Assembly: GCF_006345805.1 (NCBI RefSeq)
Contig: NC_043009.1
Span: 18,476,001-18,540,000, forward strand
DNA from: Octopus sinensis
Lineage: Eukaryota
Length of the DNA: 64,000 nt
Direction of reading: 5' to 3'
In this document: positions 1-14,039 of the stretch, in pieces
Position numbering within the stretch: position 1 is the stretch's first letter
How the letters are laid out: each line of letters starts with the position of its first letter
The notes under the pieces: generated by a model
The model's input: the letters and a program-made list of their open reading frames with translations, nothing else
What the model was told of the DNA's origin: nothing
The model's database searches: none
Position numbers and translations under genes: made by a program

Positions 1-479
1 GAATCTTTCTAGGGTTCTTGCAGAATACAGCACTGCACTTTTCTACAGATCAAGTCCTCAATTCAAACATCCTTCACTCTCTTACGCAGAAGAAGTTTGG
101 ACGTTGTGCCAAGTGCATTCATTTCCACAGGCATAATTGTCATCTTAGTCATCCACAATCTCTTCCTCCCTCTGATAAGGTTCTGATATTTCTCTTTTTT
201 TTTTCTTTTCAACTTCTTTAGCATTCTCTCTTTCTTGAATTTGTCACACTTTTGGGAAGATATTTTTTCGAAGATGATTTTATGGCATTCTGTATCCACT
301 TCATTTACACTGTGCTAGAACAATACGATTTGTCCTTGATTATTTTTATATTCATATTTTGTAAATACTCTTTACTAGATAAACAAAATGGTTTCCACTT
401 ATTAGAAAGCGCGAAGAAACGGCCAGCACAGGGTTGTAACACTAATGTAAACAAAGAGAGAGAGAGAGAGAGAGATTTC

Positions 480-1000
480 ACATCCCCTGAAAAGGACAGT
501 TGCAAGAGGCCATGGTCGATGTATGATAAAGATGTGGCTTTCATCAGCCGTGGCAAAATATATGGCAATAGATGCCTACTTTTCAACACCAAGGACAAGA
601 TGATACGAAAGACTGGTTAAGAACATCACACCCCTGCCCAGAGGCACATACTGCAATACATGAGCCAGATCAATACAAGGGTGGCGTATTGGAAGCAACA
701 TTGAACAGCCCAATACAAGTAATTCCTGAGCGCAGAATGAAACGTTATTGTTGGAAGATAGTATGAACTTAATGACACCGAAAATTCCAGGGCTATTTAA
801 GAGCTACATCTCGTCCTAGGTTCGGCAACAAAATCAATGAAACTGAAGGTGCAAGGAAGATATCGCACTTCGAGCAGTAAGAAGTGCGTGGAGGCTTTCT
901 GCGTCAAAGAACGAGAAAAAAATAGAGAAGGTGAAAAGGCCCGACGGCAGCATAATCCACATCAACAAAAATAGCTTATTGAGGAAGTCCCAGCAGCAGC
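480..1000 (+). pseudogene. Highly degraded LINE ORF1 (gag-like) fragment
   Basis: Residues such as 'KDVAFISRGKIYG' resemble the ORF1 fragment at 26.3 kb ('TFYTRSRKYGTVEV'); many stops and frameshifts. Confidence 0.3.
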
Positions 1001-3372
1001 ACCAACTGCGCCAACAGTTGCAGGTTTAAAGACGGACAAAAAACTTACTCCTCGTCCAGGAACAAAAGCCGATTGCTAGAGAGTGTTTTCTACGCCACAA
1101 CCAACACTTCGATGCCATGTGCCTCTACAATGTTTCTCCAAACTCTACAATCTCCAACTGCTTTGAAGATTAAGCGTCAAGTTTCCGCAGTCAATAATAG
1201 CTGTGTTATATACAAAAGTTGAACTAGTGTGGTTTCTCAGGATCACAGTCAACGCACAGGTTTACAAACGGATCCGGATCACTTTTGATATTCGTTAGCC
1301 GACAGGTTGTTTGGTGATGTAGATCTTCTATTGTAGTTCGGATTTTACACCGGCGTGTAGTACCTAAATAATCCCTATCTGGTTTGCTGATCATCACATC
1401 AAAGTTCTTTCTTGGTCAGGTTACTCAACTGACTGCAACTACATAATGGTTATTAAAAAAAGATTGTAATCCAGCAACAAGGTGGAACCGAAGGCTGATT
1501 TCGAAACCATCCTGGTTTCCATTAACCCAAACAATGTCACAACTTGGTTTGCTATATTCTACGACACATTCAGGCGTACCAATTGATATTCTGTAGCCAA
1601 TTTTCTACTAGTGTAATGATACGTTTTGGAAATTTAGTTGTGACATTATAACATTTTATGATATTGAATTTATAATGAACCATGCATGGAAATCATAAAT
1701 GTTAGATGGCTTTAAAAATCACTAGGAATAGATCCGTTTAATTAAAAGTTTAACGTTCTGACTTAACTGAGAGCGAATGTCCAATTTTTGCATCTATTAA
1801 TTTTCTGCAATACACCTGTACTCACACACATTTACTCCGATTATTGTTGATTTAGATAAAGTGCAATCAGAAATATATGCAAGAAAAAACATTTACAAAA
1901 TCACGTGAGAAATACTACAGACATTGTATTACTTAAATGACAAGAGAAACAACAAATAAATGAATAGCTTCAGCGTATATTGACCAGTGAATTATTTTCT
2001 TTAAAAATGTCTTGTCTTTTCTTGCAACAGGTTTTCAATGATTCAATGAATTCTACTGGATATATTATGGCAGTCTTATCTTTCCATATACTCTGTAATT
2101 TTCGACACAAATTTACTGAAGTTACTTAAGTTTACTGAAGATAAATATTTTTCACAAGAAAATAGTTACATAAATCTGTTTGTCATGTTCGACTTCATCT
2201 AATTTAGTTTAATGGAAATTGCACAAGCACTCCATCCACCCCCTCAAATTGTACATTTAAAATAACAATACTTGTTTTTATACGTCAATGATGTCATCGT
2301 GATATTGAGGTATCATTGTGATATCATGGTTGCCTAATAAGCTTTATTACTTCATTGGACTGAATCGCGTCAGTTGAAACATAACTTTAGCAATAAACAA
2401 TTCTTAGAGTTAAATAGTCATACAATGTATCAAACCATTGGTTCATATATAAGATACGCTGTTATCTTGGGCAATACAATATTACATGTTTATGCTCCAA
2501 GCTATGTAATAATAAGCTGTGAACTTTGCATACAACATCTGAGGTAAAAGTCTGTGTGAGGAAAAAAACTGCGTCTCTGAACTTCCCAGCGCTATATAAT
2601 CTAGTGATAAACATCTTATATCGGCGTAAAGGACTGGAGGGAAGATTTATATTATTTAATGTAGGCATGAATGAGTAAAGGAACACTTTGGAAGGGATGC
2701 ATATAAACTAGTATATTTATATATTGTTTGTACACATATAGTTCCTTATAGACGGATATTCCTATGGAATGATGCGTCATCCTTATGCATTCATCCGGAT
2801 GTATAGGTAATGTTATGTAGTTACTTGTATACATTTCTCTACTATATTATGATATGAATACAAATAGCCACGCTAGAAAGAAACTAGAAAACCCGAATGA
2901 ATATTTATAGTGACAGAATCACCTTAAAGCTAACCTTCTTAAAATACCAAGTTTAAAATTTCTTAATCTGTTAAAATTAACACAAATTCGATTTCAGATT
3001 GACCAATGCTAAGTGACTATTTTAGCTACAAACATTCTTTTGCGAACCCTAAAACACAATAGATCCAACTTTTTACACACACACACACACACACAAAATT
3101 GTGACCTGAATTTGGACATATCTATTTATACCTTTACTTTACTCGCCTGGCTGAGCAGTAACAAAATTACTAGATCAGGCCAATATAAATCCCTTCTTAA
3201 TTTTCTTTCAATGCACTCCCTGCAATGTCATATTTTCCTCTTACCGTCCTCTATTCCCTCCTTCTTACACGACCGGTCTACCAGCACCACTTCTATTTAT
3301 CATTCACATAACCTTACCTAAAAAGAAACTTACTTAACTATATTATAAAACCAAACAAACCCACAATAAACC

Positions 3373-3416
3373 ACAATCTGATGAAGGCGAAGAAACTGAA
3401 ACTTCGAAGTCATTGT
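3373..3416 (+). ncRNA. Minimal type I hammerhead ribozyme motif
   Basis: acaat-CTGATGA-ag..ct-GAAAC-TTCGAA-GTC-attgt: stem I acaat/attgt, palindromic stem III ACTTCGAAGT, GUC cleavage triplet; followed by (CA)n. Confidence 0.8.
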
Positions 3417-3465
3417 CAAATGTTTCCTTGTAAGATTAAATAAAAATTTACATAAATACAGACAT

Positions 3466-3514
<49 letters not shown>

Positions 3515-4227
3515 CCTTCTTTCAAATGCTGTATTCAGTTCTCTATGGTTTGAAATCGTTTACACGTATACGTGCACACTCACAATCCACACATACACAC
3601 ACACGTGTGTATGTGTGTGTGTTCATGTACTGTGTATATATGTATTTATGTATATACATATAATAATTCATTCACAAAAATAGAAAATAACTATAAATTT
3701 ATTAGTAAGAAATGATGGAGAAAATTGACACGCATTCTGTGTATATTCTAAAATACGGATAAAATAAAATAGAAGAGTTAAAAGAACAGAAAAAAGGATA
3801 AATAAAGAGGGCAAAGGGATCAGCCTTTGTTGCTAAAATGTCTTGTAGACCTCAGATGTTTAATTTCCGGTAGAAATAACATTTTGTGTGTGTGTGTGTA
3901 GTGAGAGAGATAGATAGGTAGAGAGAGGGAGAGAGAGAGGGGGAGAGGGAGAGAGAGGAAGCGAATATACAACAAATCTAATATGGCTTGAGGATTGAAA
4001 ACTCTTCCGTGAAAGAGATAGCAACGATGCTATCTAGCGTTTGGTTTCCATAAACAGTGCATCCGTTGTTTCTGCTTGTCAAAACAGGGGAAAACGGCAA
4101 AAGAATACCCTAGTGTATGGAACAGATCTTCACTTTCTATCCTGCTTGAACCGAACTAAATAGTTTTTATTTATATATAATTTCGACATACAAAAACACA
4201 CTCATAAGCACATTAATATATAATTGT

Positions 4228-4230
4228 ACA

Positions 4231-4273
<43 letters not shown>

Positions 4274-4321
4274 ATGCGTGTGTGTGTGTATGTGTGTGTG
4301 TGTGTGTGCATGCGTGTGTGT

Positions 4322-4355
<34 letters not shown>
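4228..4355. repeat. (GT)n microsatellite
   Basis: Direct reading. Confidence 0.95.
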
Positions 4356-5408
4356 TCTGCTTTAGTGTATGAGCGTTTGTTTCTGTCTTTTCACACACAT
4401 TCCAGTGTCTGCATGTTGTTAACCGAGGATACAGATCTGCTAGACTAATTGCTAAATATGTAAACACATGAACACACACACTTATGTATATATACAAACA
4501 TACATACACACACACACACACACACCACACACACACACATATATATATATATATAGTGTATGCGTGTGCGTGTGTGTGTGTCTTCCATGTGTTCGTGCTC
4601 CTTTTCCCTTACTTTTGCATATTCAATCCGTGTATATCTTAGCTGAAAGTGCACAAAGACAGCCATTCTTGTAATTTGACGATCGTTCACACAATACGCT
4701 CCTATCCGCTGTAGTATGTAAACGTCTTTTGCATATTAACAGCCAAATAGTTGTCGACTCTTTAGAACATTACAACGTCGGCAGTCTTTTGTTAAGTCCG
4801 AATGTAAAGTAAAATAGAAACGGATCTTCGTCGGTTATGACAATGAATTATTTGATCAACTGAATTATTTGCCCATTGAGCGTAAGTGGTTGAGTATTAC
4901 ACTTAGTGCTTCCATCACCCCCAAGCAGAATCAGCGTGTCACATAGAAGGCGCTTGGATGACAGAAGAATCGATCCGATCAGCCTCCACACAACTTTCGT
5001 CCACCCGATTCCCCCCACAGGACTCCGGGTGACCCAGGGCTTATAGCAAAAGACATTGGCCATGATACGTTGTTAGTGAGTCCGAACCATGAACGATGAG
5101 GCTACGAAGCGGACTTCTTTACAATGCCTTCACCTTCGAATGTATATATTAATTTACAGATACATACTAAAACACACACGCAAACATGCACGTACACACA
5201 CAAATATACACACGCTGCACAAGCATAAACAGTATAAGCAAATGTTATATGTATGCATGTATGTATGTATGTATGTATGTATGTATGTATGTATGTATTA
5301 TGCAAATCAAAAGCAAAAGACTGGAAAAAACAGCAAAGGTCAATTGGAAGTACACTGGGCATATATTAGATTGACGCTCAGTGAAAGTTTGAAATGGGAA
5401 AAATAGGA

Positions 5409-5440
5409 GTGACGTTTCGAGCAGAGCTTTTCGTCGGAAA
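5409..5440 (-). ncRNA. Degenerate hammerhead motif
   Basis: Minus strand tttCCGACGA-aaagc-tct-gctc-GAAACGTC; stem I not restored. Confidence 0.45.
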
Positions 5441-5664
5441 GAGGAAAAAGTTTAGAGACGAGAAAAAGAGGGAGAAAAAGGTAGGCCGGATATATACGAG
5501 GGAGTGGTGAAAAGCTCTTAGCTTTGGGGAAAAGAAAATACGGAAGGATCAGTTAATTATGATTTTATTGAACATATTCTTAGATTCACACACTTATTGC
5601 AGCAGACCTTCAGTTTTTCTAACCCTGTAAAAGAACTCGGATGGTTGGGCTTCAGACAAGACCT

Positions 5665-5735
5665 TTATGTATGTATGTATGTATGTATGTATGTATGTGT
5701 AAATATATATATATATATATGTATGTATGTGTGTG

Positions 5736-5832
<97 letters not shown>

Positions 5833-5969
5833 GTATATATATATATATATATATTACGGAGATGTACTCGCATAGCAAGTAATTTGATCTGAGATCGTGT
5901 GCTGAAACGAAAACAATTGCAGCGTGGAAGGTGTTTATAAGCCATTTAAGAAACACACAAACACACATA

Positions 5970-6039
<70 letters not shown>

Positions 6040-6040
6040 G
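5665..6040. repeat. (TATG)n/(TA)n microsatellite block with a ~110-bp interspersed insert
   Basis: Direct reading; unique insert at ~5855-5965. Confidence 0.9.
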
Positions 6041-6384
6041 ACATTATTGAGTTCTGTTTCTTTTGCTCGTAACTATTGTATCATATATCAGTGTTCACTA
6101 ACCTGGGTTCATACGTTCGTAAGTCTGCGAAATTTTTCTGAATTTGTGAAGCGGTGGGAGTGGAGGTCTAACAGAAGTCGACGGTAAAATTTGATATAGA
6201 ATTTTGATCCAAATTTTTAATATTGAGGAAATATTAAAATCATAGAATAGAAAGAAAAAAAAAACTGGGGAAAAAAAGCGACAGCAATTTTGACAAAAAT
6301 AACATTTAGGATCAATGAAAAGCTATTTACTGTCTTTCGAGATTTTTAGGTAAAAGAGAATACAACTGCCATGATAAATAATAT

Positions 6385-6965
6385 TTTTTATTATAGGCAC
6401 AGGGCCTGAAGTTTTGAGGGAGGGGGACTAGTCGATTACATCAACCTCAGAATTTCACTACTACTTAATTTATCGACCCCGAAGGGATGAAAGGCAAAGT
6501 CGACCTCGGCGGAATTTGAACTCGGAACGTAGCAACGGGCGAAATACCTATTTCTTTACTGCCCACAAGGGGCTACACACAGAGGGGACAAAAAAGGATA
6601 GACAAACGGATTAAGTCGATTATATCGACCCCAGTGCGCAACTGGTACTTATTTAATCGACCCCGAAAGGATGAAAGGCAAAGTCGACCTCGGCGGAATT
6701 TGAACTCAGAACGTAACGGCAGACGAAATACCTATTTCTTAATTACCCACAAGGGGCTAAACAAAGATGGGACAAACAAGGACAAACATAGGTATGAAGT
6801 CGATTACATCGACTTCAGTGCGTAACTGGTACTTAATTTATCGACCCCGAAAGGATGAAAGGCAAAGTCGACCTCGGCGGAATTTGAACTCAGAACGTAA
6901 CGGCAGACGAAATGCCGCTAAGCATTTCGTCCAGCGTACTAACGACTCTGCCAGCTCAACGCCTT
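6385..6965 (-). mobile_element. SINE family B (ggcggcgagctggcag... head), composite with three tandem internal units
   Basis: Three copies of 'atcgaccccgaaaggatgaaaggcaaagtcgacctcggcggaatttgaactc'; same family at 7.1, 7.3, 29.5, 41.0 and 42.2-43.0 kb. Confidence 0.85.
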
Positions 6966-7077
6966 TGCCATAATAAATGATGAGATATGGTCATATTTAA
7001 TATATGATATTCTCTCATACCAATGGAATAAGATAATTGTGTTTGCTTATATTACTTTTCATAATTAATTTGTAGCG

Positions 7078-7292
7078 AAGGCGGCGAGCTGCCAAAACCG
7101 TTAGTATGCCGGCAAAACGCTTAGCAGCATTTCATCTGTCTAAATGATCTGAGTTCAAATTCCGCCGGGATCGACTTCGCCTCTCATCCTTTCGAGGTCA
7201 ATAAAATAAGTACCAGTTGAACGTTGCGCTCGATGTAATCGACTGGCCCTCTTCTCCAAATTCCACACCGTGTGCCTATAGCAGAAACGATT
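7078..7292 (+). mobile_element. SINE family B copy
   Basis: ggcggcgagct... head, 'gagttcaaattccgcc' B-box-like motif, conserved body. Confidence 0.8.
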
Positions 7293-7317
7293 ATTAATTT
7301 ATAGCGCATTAAATGCA

Positions 7318-7527
7318 CTGAGCTGGCAGGAATGTTAGCACGCCGTGCAAAATACTTTGTGGCATTTCGTCCGTCTTTTCGTTCTGAGTTCGAATTCTGC
7401 CGAGGTCGACTTAGCTTTTTAGCCTTTCGGGATCGATGAATTAAGTACTGGTAGAGTACTGGGGTCGATGTACTCGACTACCCCCATTCCAAAATTGCTG
7501 GCCTGTTGCTAAAATTTGAAATCAATT
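7318..7527 (+). mobile_element. SINE family B copy
   Basis: gagctggcagg..., 'ctgagttcgaattctgccgaggtcgac'. Confidence 0.8.
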
Positions 7528-8349
7528 TATAGTGCACTATTTCAAATAACCGCGGCCAGTTACACGGATAAGTTATTTTGCCTAGAAGTATATTTCAGTC
7601 AATCTCTTTAAATTATCTATCATTCAGTATGAAGAACATCGTAAATTTATTAATGAGTTTGGAACCACTTATGTTGATAATAACTGTTCAGTAACTCTAA
7701 CTCTTTACCTGGGGCACACCTACCAAACTCTTTCAGATTGTTTCAATTCATTTATCATCCGTCACGATTATATAACGATGGTTGGTGATTTATGCGAAAA
7801 TTCAAAAGAACAGGTATTGTACAGCATACGGAATACACTATACTATCTGTTAGAAATAGACGAAAGCACAGATATAACCAACCATGTTATGTTATGTACG
7901 TTTATTTAGTTGTTTCTGCTGCCTTAACTTATGTTGTTTAAACATTATATAACAAATTCAGAGATCATTTTGAAAATAATAATTTCCAAGTTAAGACCAG
8001 ACAAATATGCTTCTGTAGCTACTAATGTGCCTTTGAAAAAGCCGGTTGGTGAAGCTTTGAAATTTCTGGTTCGAGTTACTAATACAAAACGCTGCTACAA
8101 GAGAATAACAGTGGTGACTTAAATCAAAAACAAAGTATGAAATCAACTAGAGAATTTGTTGGAATAACTTCAAAAGCAACCGTGTTTCAAATCAACAGAG
8201 TCACTTTATTTTATTGATAAAAGTGCAGAGGTTTCAAACACACACACACACACTCACACATACGCGCGTGCACACACACACACATACACACACGCGCGCA
8301 AGATTAATAACTACACGAAATGCCTTCGTGTCCCAACCGGCCTCACTCA

Positions 8350-9707
8350 TGTTGTTCTCTATTGTTATCAAGCAAAGATAAAGCTAACCTTAATCCTTTG
8401 TGGAAGAGTAGAAGACTAGAGAAGTAATAATGTATACTTGAGGATTCTGTAGATAAGGTTTCGTCTCTTAATGAACCTGGGTTTGAATCTTTCCAAGGAG
8501 TCTAGTCGCGGAAAGAATTTCTCCGCCAGCGAACTCCATACCTGGTCACCCTCCAGGTAGAGCCAGAGTTGCCTCAGCCTTAGCGCATGTTTGCGCATCC
8601 TCAGCTACGGTATCCCTAGCCCACCCTTTAGCGGTTCTTGACAGCAGAAATGTCGCCCCACAAGCGGTTTTCCTTCCTTCCACAAAAAGCGAAAGAGAAG
8701 GCGTTCCAACTTGTTTATCCACGAATCTGGGCAAGGGACTACAGTCAGACAGTAGGTGATAACAGATGCAATAAACACCTGCACCACCTCTGTCCTTCCT
8801 TTCAGGGAATACGTCCATCCGGACCAGATCCGGGTTAGGACCGCCACCCTGACGTCACCTCACTGCAATTCTCTGTCTGGGAATCCAATCCAAACCAGAT
8901 TCCAAGCAACTTCGCAGGACCTTCCGTCCAATGCCCCACGGCTTTGGACGGTATCGTCTTGCCACTCCAGGTACCGAGTCGCAAACCGATGGACTTGTCC
9001 TTATTAATTTTTGCCCCTGTCACCGCCTCGTAACCTTTGATTGCCTTTTCTACACAAGGTAGCTGAGTTTCATCAGTTACGGTGATGGTGACGTCATCCG
9101 CGTAAGCAGAAACTGATTTATTACATCCCAGTTAATTGGGGCTGTCTTCCAAATTCTCCAGCTTCCTCAGCAATGGCTCGAGAGCCAATACATACAGGAG
9201 CGGAGACAGGGGACACCCCTGACGAACCGAGCGCTCGATCTTAAACGGCACCGACAGGTAGCTGTTTACCTGGATAGGTGATTCAATGCCGCCGTAAATG
9301 GCAGTGATCCAGCCACGGAAATCTGGGCCCAGCCCAGCCGCCTCCAAGATTGCTGCCAGGTACTGGTGGTCTACCCTATCGAAGGCTTTACTTTGGTCTG
9401 AAGGGACTAGTGCTCCACCTTTACTGGAAAATTTACCCACCCTGTCTAGTGTGTATCGCAAAAGATGGAGATTGTCCTGGATTGACCTGCCTGGGATGGC
9501 GCATGTCTGCGCCTTCCCTACAAGTTTCTCCAAGACACGTGCCAACCTCTTAGCTAACACTTTGGCCAGAATCTTTAACTCTGCATTAAGTAGAGTTATG
9601 GGCCTAACATTATTGATATTATCCCCTTTGATCAGATCTTTTCTGATCCGCGTCACCACTCCCCGACTCACAGAGCTGGGAATCCTTCCATTCTGCTGCC
9701 AGTACAA
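8350..9707 (-). mobile_element. L1/Tx1-clade LINE reverse transcriptase fragment (disrupted)
   Basis: RPITLLNAELKILAKVLAKRL, DQSKAFDRVDH, RQGCPLSPLLY, SAYADDVT motifs; frameshifts downstream. Confidence 0.9.
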
Positions 9708-9889
9708 TCTTAATCTTTCTCTGAGTTAGATATGCTTTTTAAAGAAAAAAAAACTCAACAAATATAGACATTAAAAATCAAGTTGTTATACTTCCTGAAA
9801 CAGGTACAGCGTATGCTGAAATCGACGAGTTACTGGAGAAAAACATTTCTATTTCTCTACCTATCACAAAAATAATAAGTGCACAATTC

Positions 9890-10230
9890 CAGGAAGCTCT
9901 TTCTACTACAAAGGCAAAGGATTCTTAGTCTTTCTGGAAACAAAGAAAAACTTGCTGCAACTGTCTAGAGGGTTCACAACTACTGAAAATAAGACTGTTT
10001 TCAGAGGGATGATTACAAGAAGGTTGGCAGATGATTACAAGAAGTGCTGAGAAGCCACTATTGATCAAGAGAAATATCAGGGACAGACTGCACTTTTCGG
10101 CAAAGTCTGGTGATTGCAACTCAGTCACAAGGTCATCAGCCATTATGAACCAAGATGTGAGATTTGTAGAAATGTCCCACCTTCCGAAAGCTGGTGAAAA
10201 TTTCCACTCTGAACATATATAAATAGTTAT
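9890..10230 (+). mobile_element. Possible Tc1-like transposase remnant
   Basis: 'SAEKPLLIKRNIRDRLHFSAK' resembles the Tc1 'KKPLL...RL.FA' segment. Confidence 0.45.
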
Positions 10231-10483
10231 AAAATTTGGTGAAGTCGGTACCATGGTATGGAGTGACTTTTTATAATACCATGGTATGGTAAGAAGTGAT
10301 TATTTTTTGACGGGTGTTGGTGAGCTGGGAAGGAGTCAATTACTGTCTTGGAGTAACTCGACTGTTAGAAAGAGGAAAGAAAATATTTTAACATGATGAT
10401 ACTCCTGCTCATACACAAAAATTATGCTTTAACCACAGAGAATATTTGGAAATTTGTCAATCATGAGGGGAACAGTATACTTG

Positions 10484-10543
<60 letters not shown>

Positions 10544-12286
10544 CTGCAACAACTGAAACAGTTTGCACAAAAGATTGGGTTAGTTAAAGAAAAAAGAAAC
10601 GAAAAGATATGCTGTTTCATATAAATTTATAGAGCTATCTCAGAATGTTCATATATTTGTCAAGGGATTTTATCACAAAATAAAATAGTCATTAGAGAAA
10701 TTGATTAAAAATTGACCTAATTTAAATTTTCGCCCAGGAGTAATGTTTTTAGTTTCGTTAGTGTGAGTCGCTTATTATGCTCGCTCTGGGACAAAGACTT
10801 TAGATATAACACACTGATAACATTAAGCAGAATATATAACATCATAAGCATGTTTAGTACACACTAATTTTGATAATAATAAGTTATACAAATGTCCGTG
10901 ATTATATGTGGCTTTCACTATATATATATATATATAATGTGTGTATGTGTCTGTGTATGTGAGGGGTGTACTTGAAATTAGTGTGCGAGTGAGTGGGTGT
11001 TCTAACGTATGCAAGCCAGATCTATTAACTAGAATCGAGTTTGGAAAAGCACACTTTCTCTGACTCTCTCTCTCTCGCTCCTCTGGATATATATATATGT
11101 GTGTGTGTGTGTGTATACGGGGGTCGGTGCCGTGAATGTGTGTGCGTCCGTCTATACATATACATACATGAAACATACGCACATGCATGCCTACATCCCT
11201 ATCTACCTTCTTGTACCGTATCAGATTCGGTTCAGTTCAGACAGTTCCTCTGACCCTGTATAGCCGGAACTCGGTGGATGCTATCTTTAGACTCGGTGAA
11301 TCCAGTACATCCAGAAAATAAAACAACTTTTTAACGGACAAACATACCTACTTACACACACACACAAACACACACATAAACACACACACACACACGCACG
11401 CACACATAGACACACCGTACATATGTTTGTGTGTATGTACTTTTGATGGACCGACCTTCTCACATGTGCTGCCTATTTGAGCAGCTCCTTTTTCTAGGTC
11501 AAACGCAACACAACTGACACGAAACACCGAAGGGTATCTGTTGTCTTTCAGAACTTATACCTCTTCAAATAGACTGAGAGGAAAAAGAGAAGAAATTTGA
11601 TGTAGGTGGAACTCAACGAAGAATGAGGGAAACAGGGTTGAGAAACGTATGGGAACAAATAAAGTGATACGCTAAGAGCAACGGAAAAGGTCTGTGTAAT
11701 GCTAGCGATACGGTGTGGTTCGTTCTGAATCAATAATAGTGCTGGTAGATATATTTGGTTGGGTGAAAATATTGTCACACACATACAAATATAAGCAAAT
11801 ACAAACACAGCCTCATAATTGTATTGTCATTTATTTATCCATATATTTGTATAGGTGTATTATTCTCCTCACTAAGAGTGTAATTTTGAACTATTTAGGT
11901 TTTCGATCTACTACGTTAAGTAAATTAGCACTTGACTATTGATTCCAGCAGACTTCCTCGGGTATTCTTTGCTAGCCATTCTGTTTCATTCATAACGCCA
12001 CCCATTCACTAAAGTTTCATATTCTGTCAAGTCGTTTTAAGATTTGTACAATTGAACGAGGCTCTGTTGATCAGACACCTCAAACATGATTTTTATTTAC
12101 TTTTGTGAATTTACCTTGTGGGATTGTCTCCTCTGCCTTTTTGTTCACCATTAAGATTATGATTTTTCTCCCCAATAACGGTATAATTTCTTTTAAATTT
12201 ACTAATTCAATACATTTAATATATTGGCATCCAGTCTTCCGTTTGTTTAAAGGATGTGGACATCTTTTGATAAGTGTATACGCACA

Positions 12287-12386
12287 TGTATGTATGTATG
12301 TATGTATGTATGTATGTATGTATGTATGTATGGATGGATGGATGGATGGATGGATGGATGGATGGATGGATGGATGGATGGATGGA
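12287..12386. repeat. (TATG)n-(GATG)n compound microsatellite
   Basis: Direct reading. Confidence 0.95.
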
Positions 12387-12937
12387 TTCTCATGCATAGA
12401 GTTGCATATCTAGACATGCTCATATATACTTAAATGATAAACTTCTGGAAAGTTTTACAGACACTTACAGTCCCAGTGATGGCTTGGATCTGTAGTCATC
12501 GAATCAGCTTTCTCCTTTATGGTTTTTGAGAAGCCTAATTTCTCAAGATTGGTATTTAAGCGGTGTTACATATTTCAGTGCCCAAGAATTACCTGAACTA
12601 GTTGTCTGGATAGATAAACCTGAACTTGTAAACACGGTAATGATTTTTATTTCATGCTGACTATCTGATAAAAATAATGTTTTATCCTTCTATTCCATTA
12701 TGAATAAATAAATAATATAATATATTTTTACTCCTGATCAAAATCGCATTTCCAGCGGAGCGATTTTGATAATATACACCTGGTTGTCGTGAAAAAGTAT
12801 AAATCTGACATATCTTTGATCTATACGTGCAAATATTTGTATGTAGATGTGCAAATCCGCTTTGTACGAGTATGTATGTATGTATGTATGTATGTATGTA
12901 TGTATGTATGTATGTATGTATGTATGTAGTATGTATG

Positions 12938-12994
<57 letters not shown>

Positions 12995-13262
12995 CTGTTG
13001 TGTCTGGGGAGAGTCATTTTCTTTTTGTGCCTTATAATGTAACACACTCACCGGTAAAATTTTAATAGTTTTGACTCAATAGTCTTGAGTTGCAAGACGC
13101 AACGAAAATTTTGGGAAATTAAAATAAGAAATAAGTGGAAATTTTACCGGTGAGTGTGTTACATTATAAGGCACAAAAAGAAAATGACTCTCCCCAGACA
13201 CAACAGAATATGCTTCAACACGCGAACTCATATAAAGAATCTTGCAAACCAAATCCAAAGAC
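12995..13262. mobile_element. Short fold-back element inside a (TA)n tract
   Basis: 12995-13061 is the reverse complement of ~13139-13206 (ctgttgtgtctggggagagtc...ccggtaaaattt); (TA)n on both sides. Confidence 0.85.
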
Positions 13263-13263
13263 G

Positions 13264-13317
<54 letters not shown>

Positions 13318-13340
13318 ATATATATAGATACATACATATA

Positions 13341-13507
13341 TGGCTGCGTGGTCCGTAGCTTGCTTACCAGCCACATGGTTCCGGGTTCACTCCTACTGCG
13401 TGGTGACTTGGGCAATTGTCTTCTACTATAGCCTCGGGCCGACCAAAGCCTTGTCAGTGGATTTGGTAGACGGAAACTGAAAGAAGCCCGTCATATATAT
13501 GTATTTG

Positions 13508-13560
<53 letters not shown>

Positions 13561-13760
13561 TTGTCCCCCCAACATCACTTGACAACTGATGCTGGTGTGT
13601 TTACGCCCTCGTAACGTAGCGGTTCGGCAAAAGAGACCGATAGAATAACTACTAGGCTTACAAAGAATAAGTCGTGTGGTCGATTACCTCGACTAAAGGC
13701 AGTGCTCCAGCATGGCGGCAGTCAAGTGACTGAAACAAGTAAAAGAGTAAAAAAAAAGAG
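13341..13760 (+). mobile_element. SINE family A (tRNA-derived; ggagtggctgtgtggtaag head)
   Basis: A/B-box-like head, 'ttgggcaa(g/t)tgtcttct' body, internal (TA)/(TG) tract, 'gactgaaacaagtaaaagag' tail; many copies in the window. Confidence 0.9.
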
Positions 13761-14039
13761 TATATACACACGTACATGTCAAACGATGAAAATGAATCCT
13801 CAACACCGCATTGGTGGATAGAATATTTTTATTTGTGAATTAAGGCTACCATTTGTTTCATGTTAAGAAAAATAGGAAAATAACTTAATATCTTAAGAAT
13901 TGTTCAAGGCGATCTTATGGAGAAATAGTGTTCGTCTCCATGGCTTCAAAAATTGTAAAGATATTAAAATATTTTCCTATTGTTCTTAATATGAAATCTA
14001 TGGTAGCCTTAAACCCCCCCACCCCCACACACACACATA

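Noticed and set aside
5590-5665. Additional hammerhead relic next to (TATG)n
   Set aside because: The core is partly deleted (CTGAAG only, no GAAA), too degraded to call.
6470-6900. CRISPR-like regularly spaced repeats
   Set aside because: The intervening sequences are themselves homologous; these are SINE modules in eukaryotic DNA with no cas genes.
11205-11320. Possible host-gene exon between microsatellites
   Set aside because: The three minus-strand frames I translated all hit stops, and I saw no recognisable domain or convincing splice pair.
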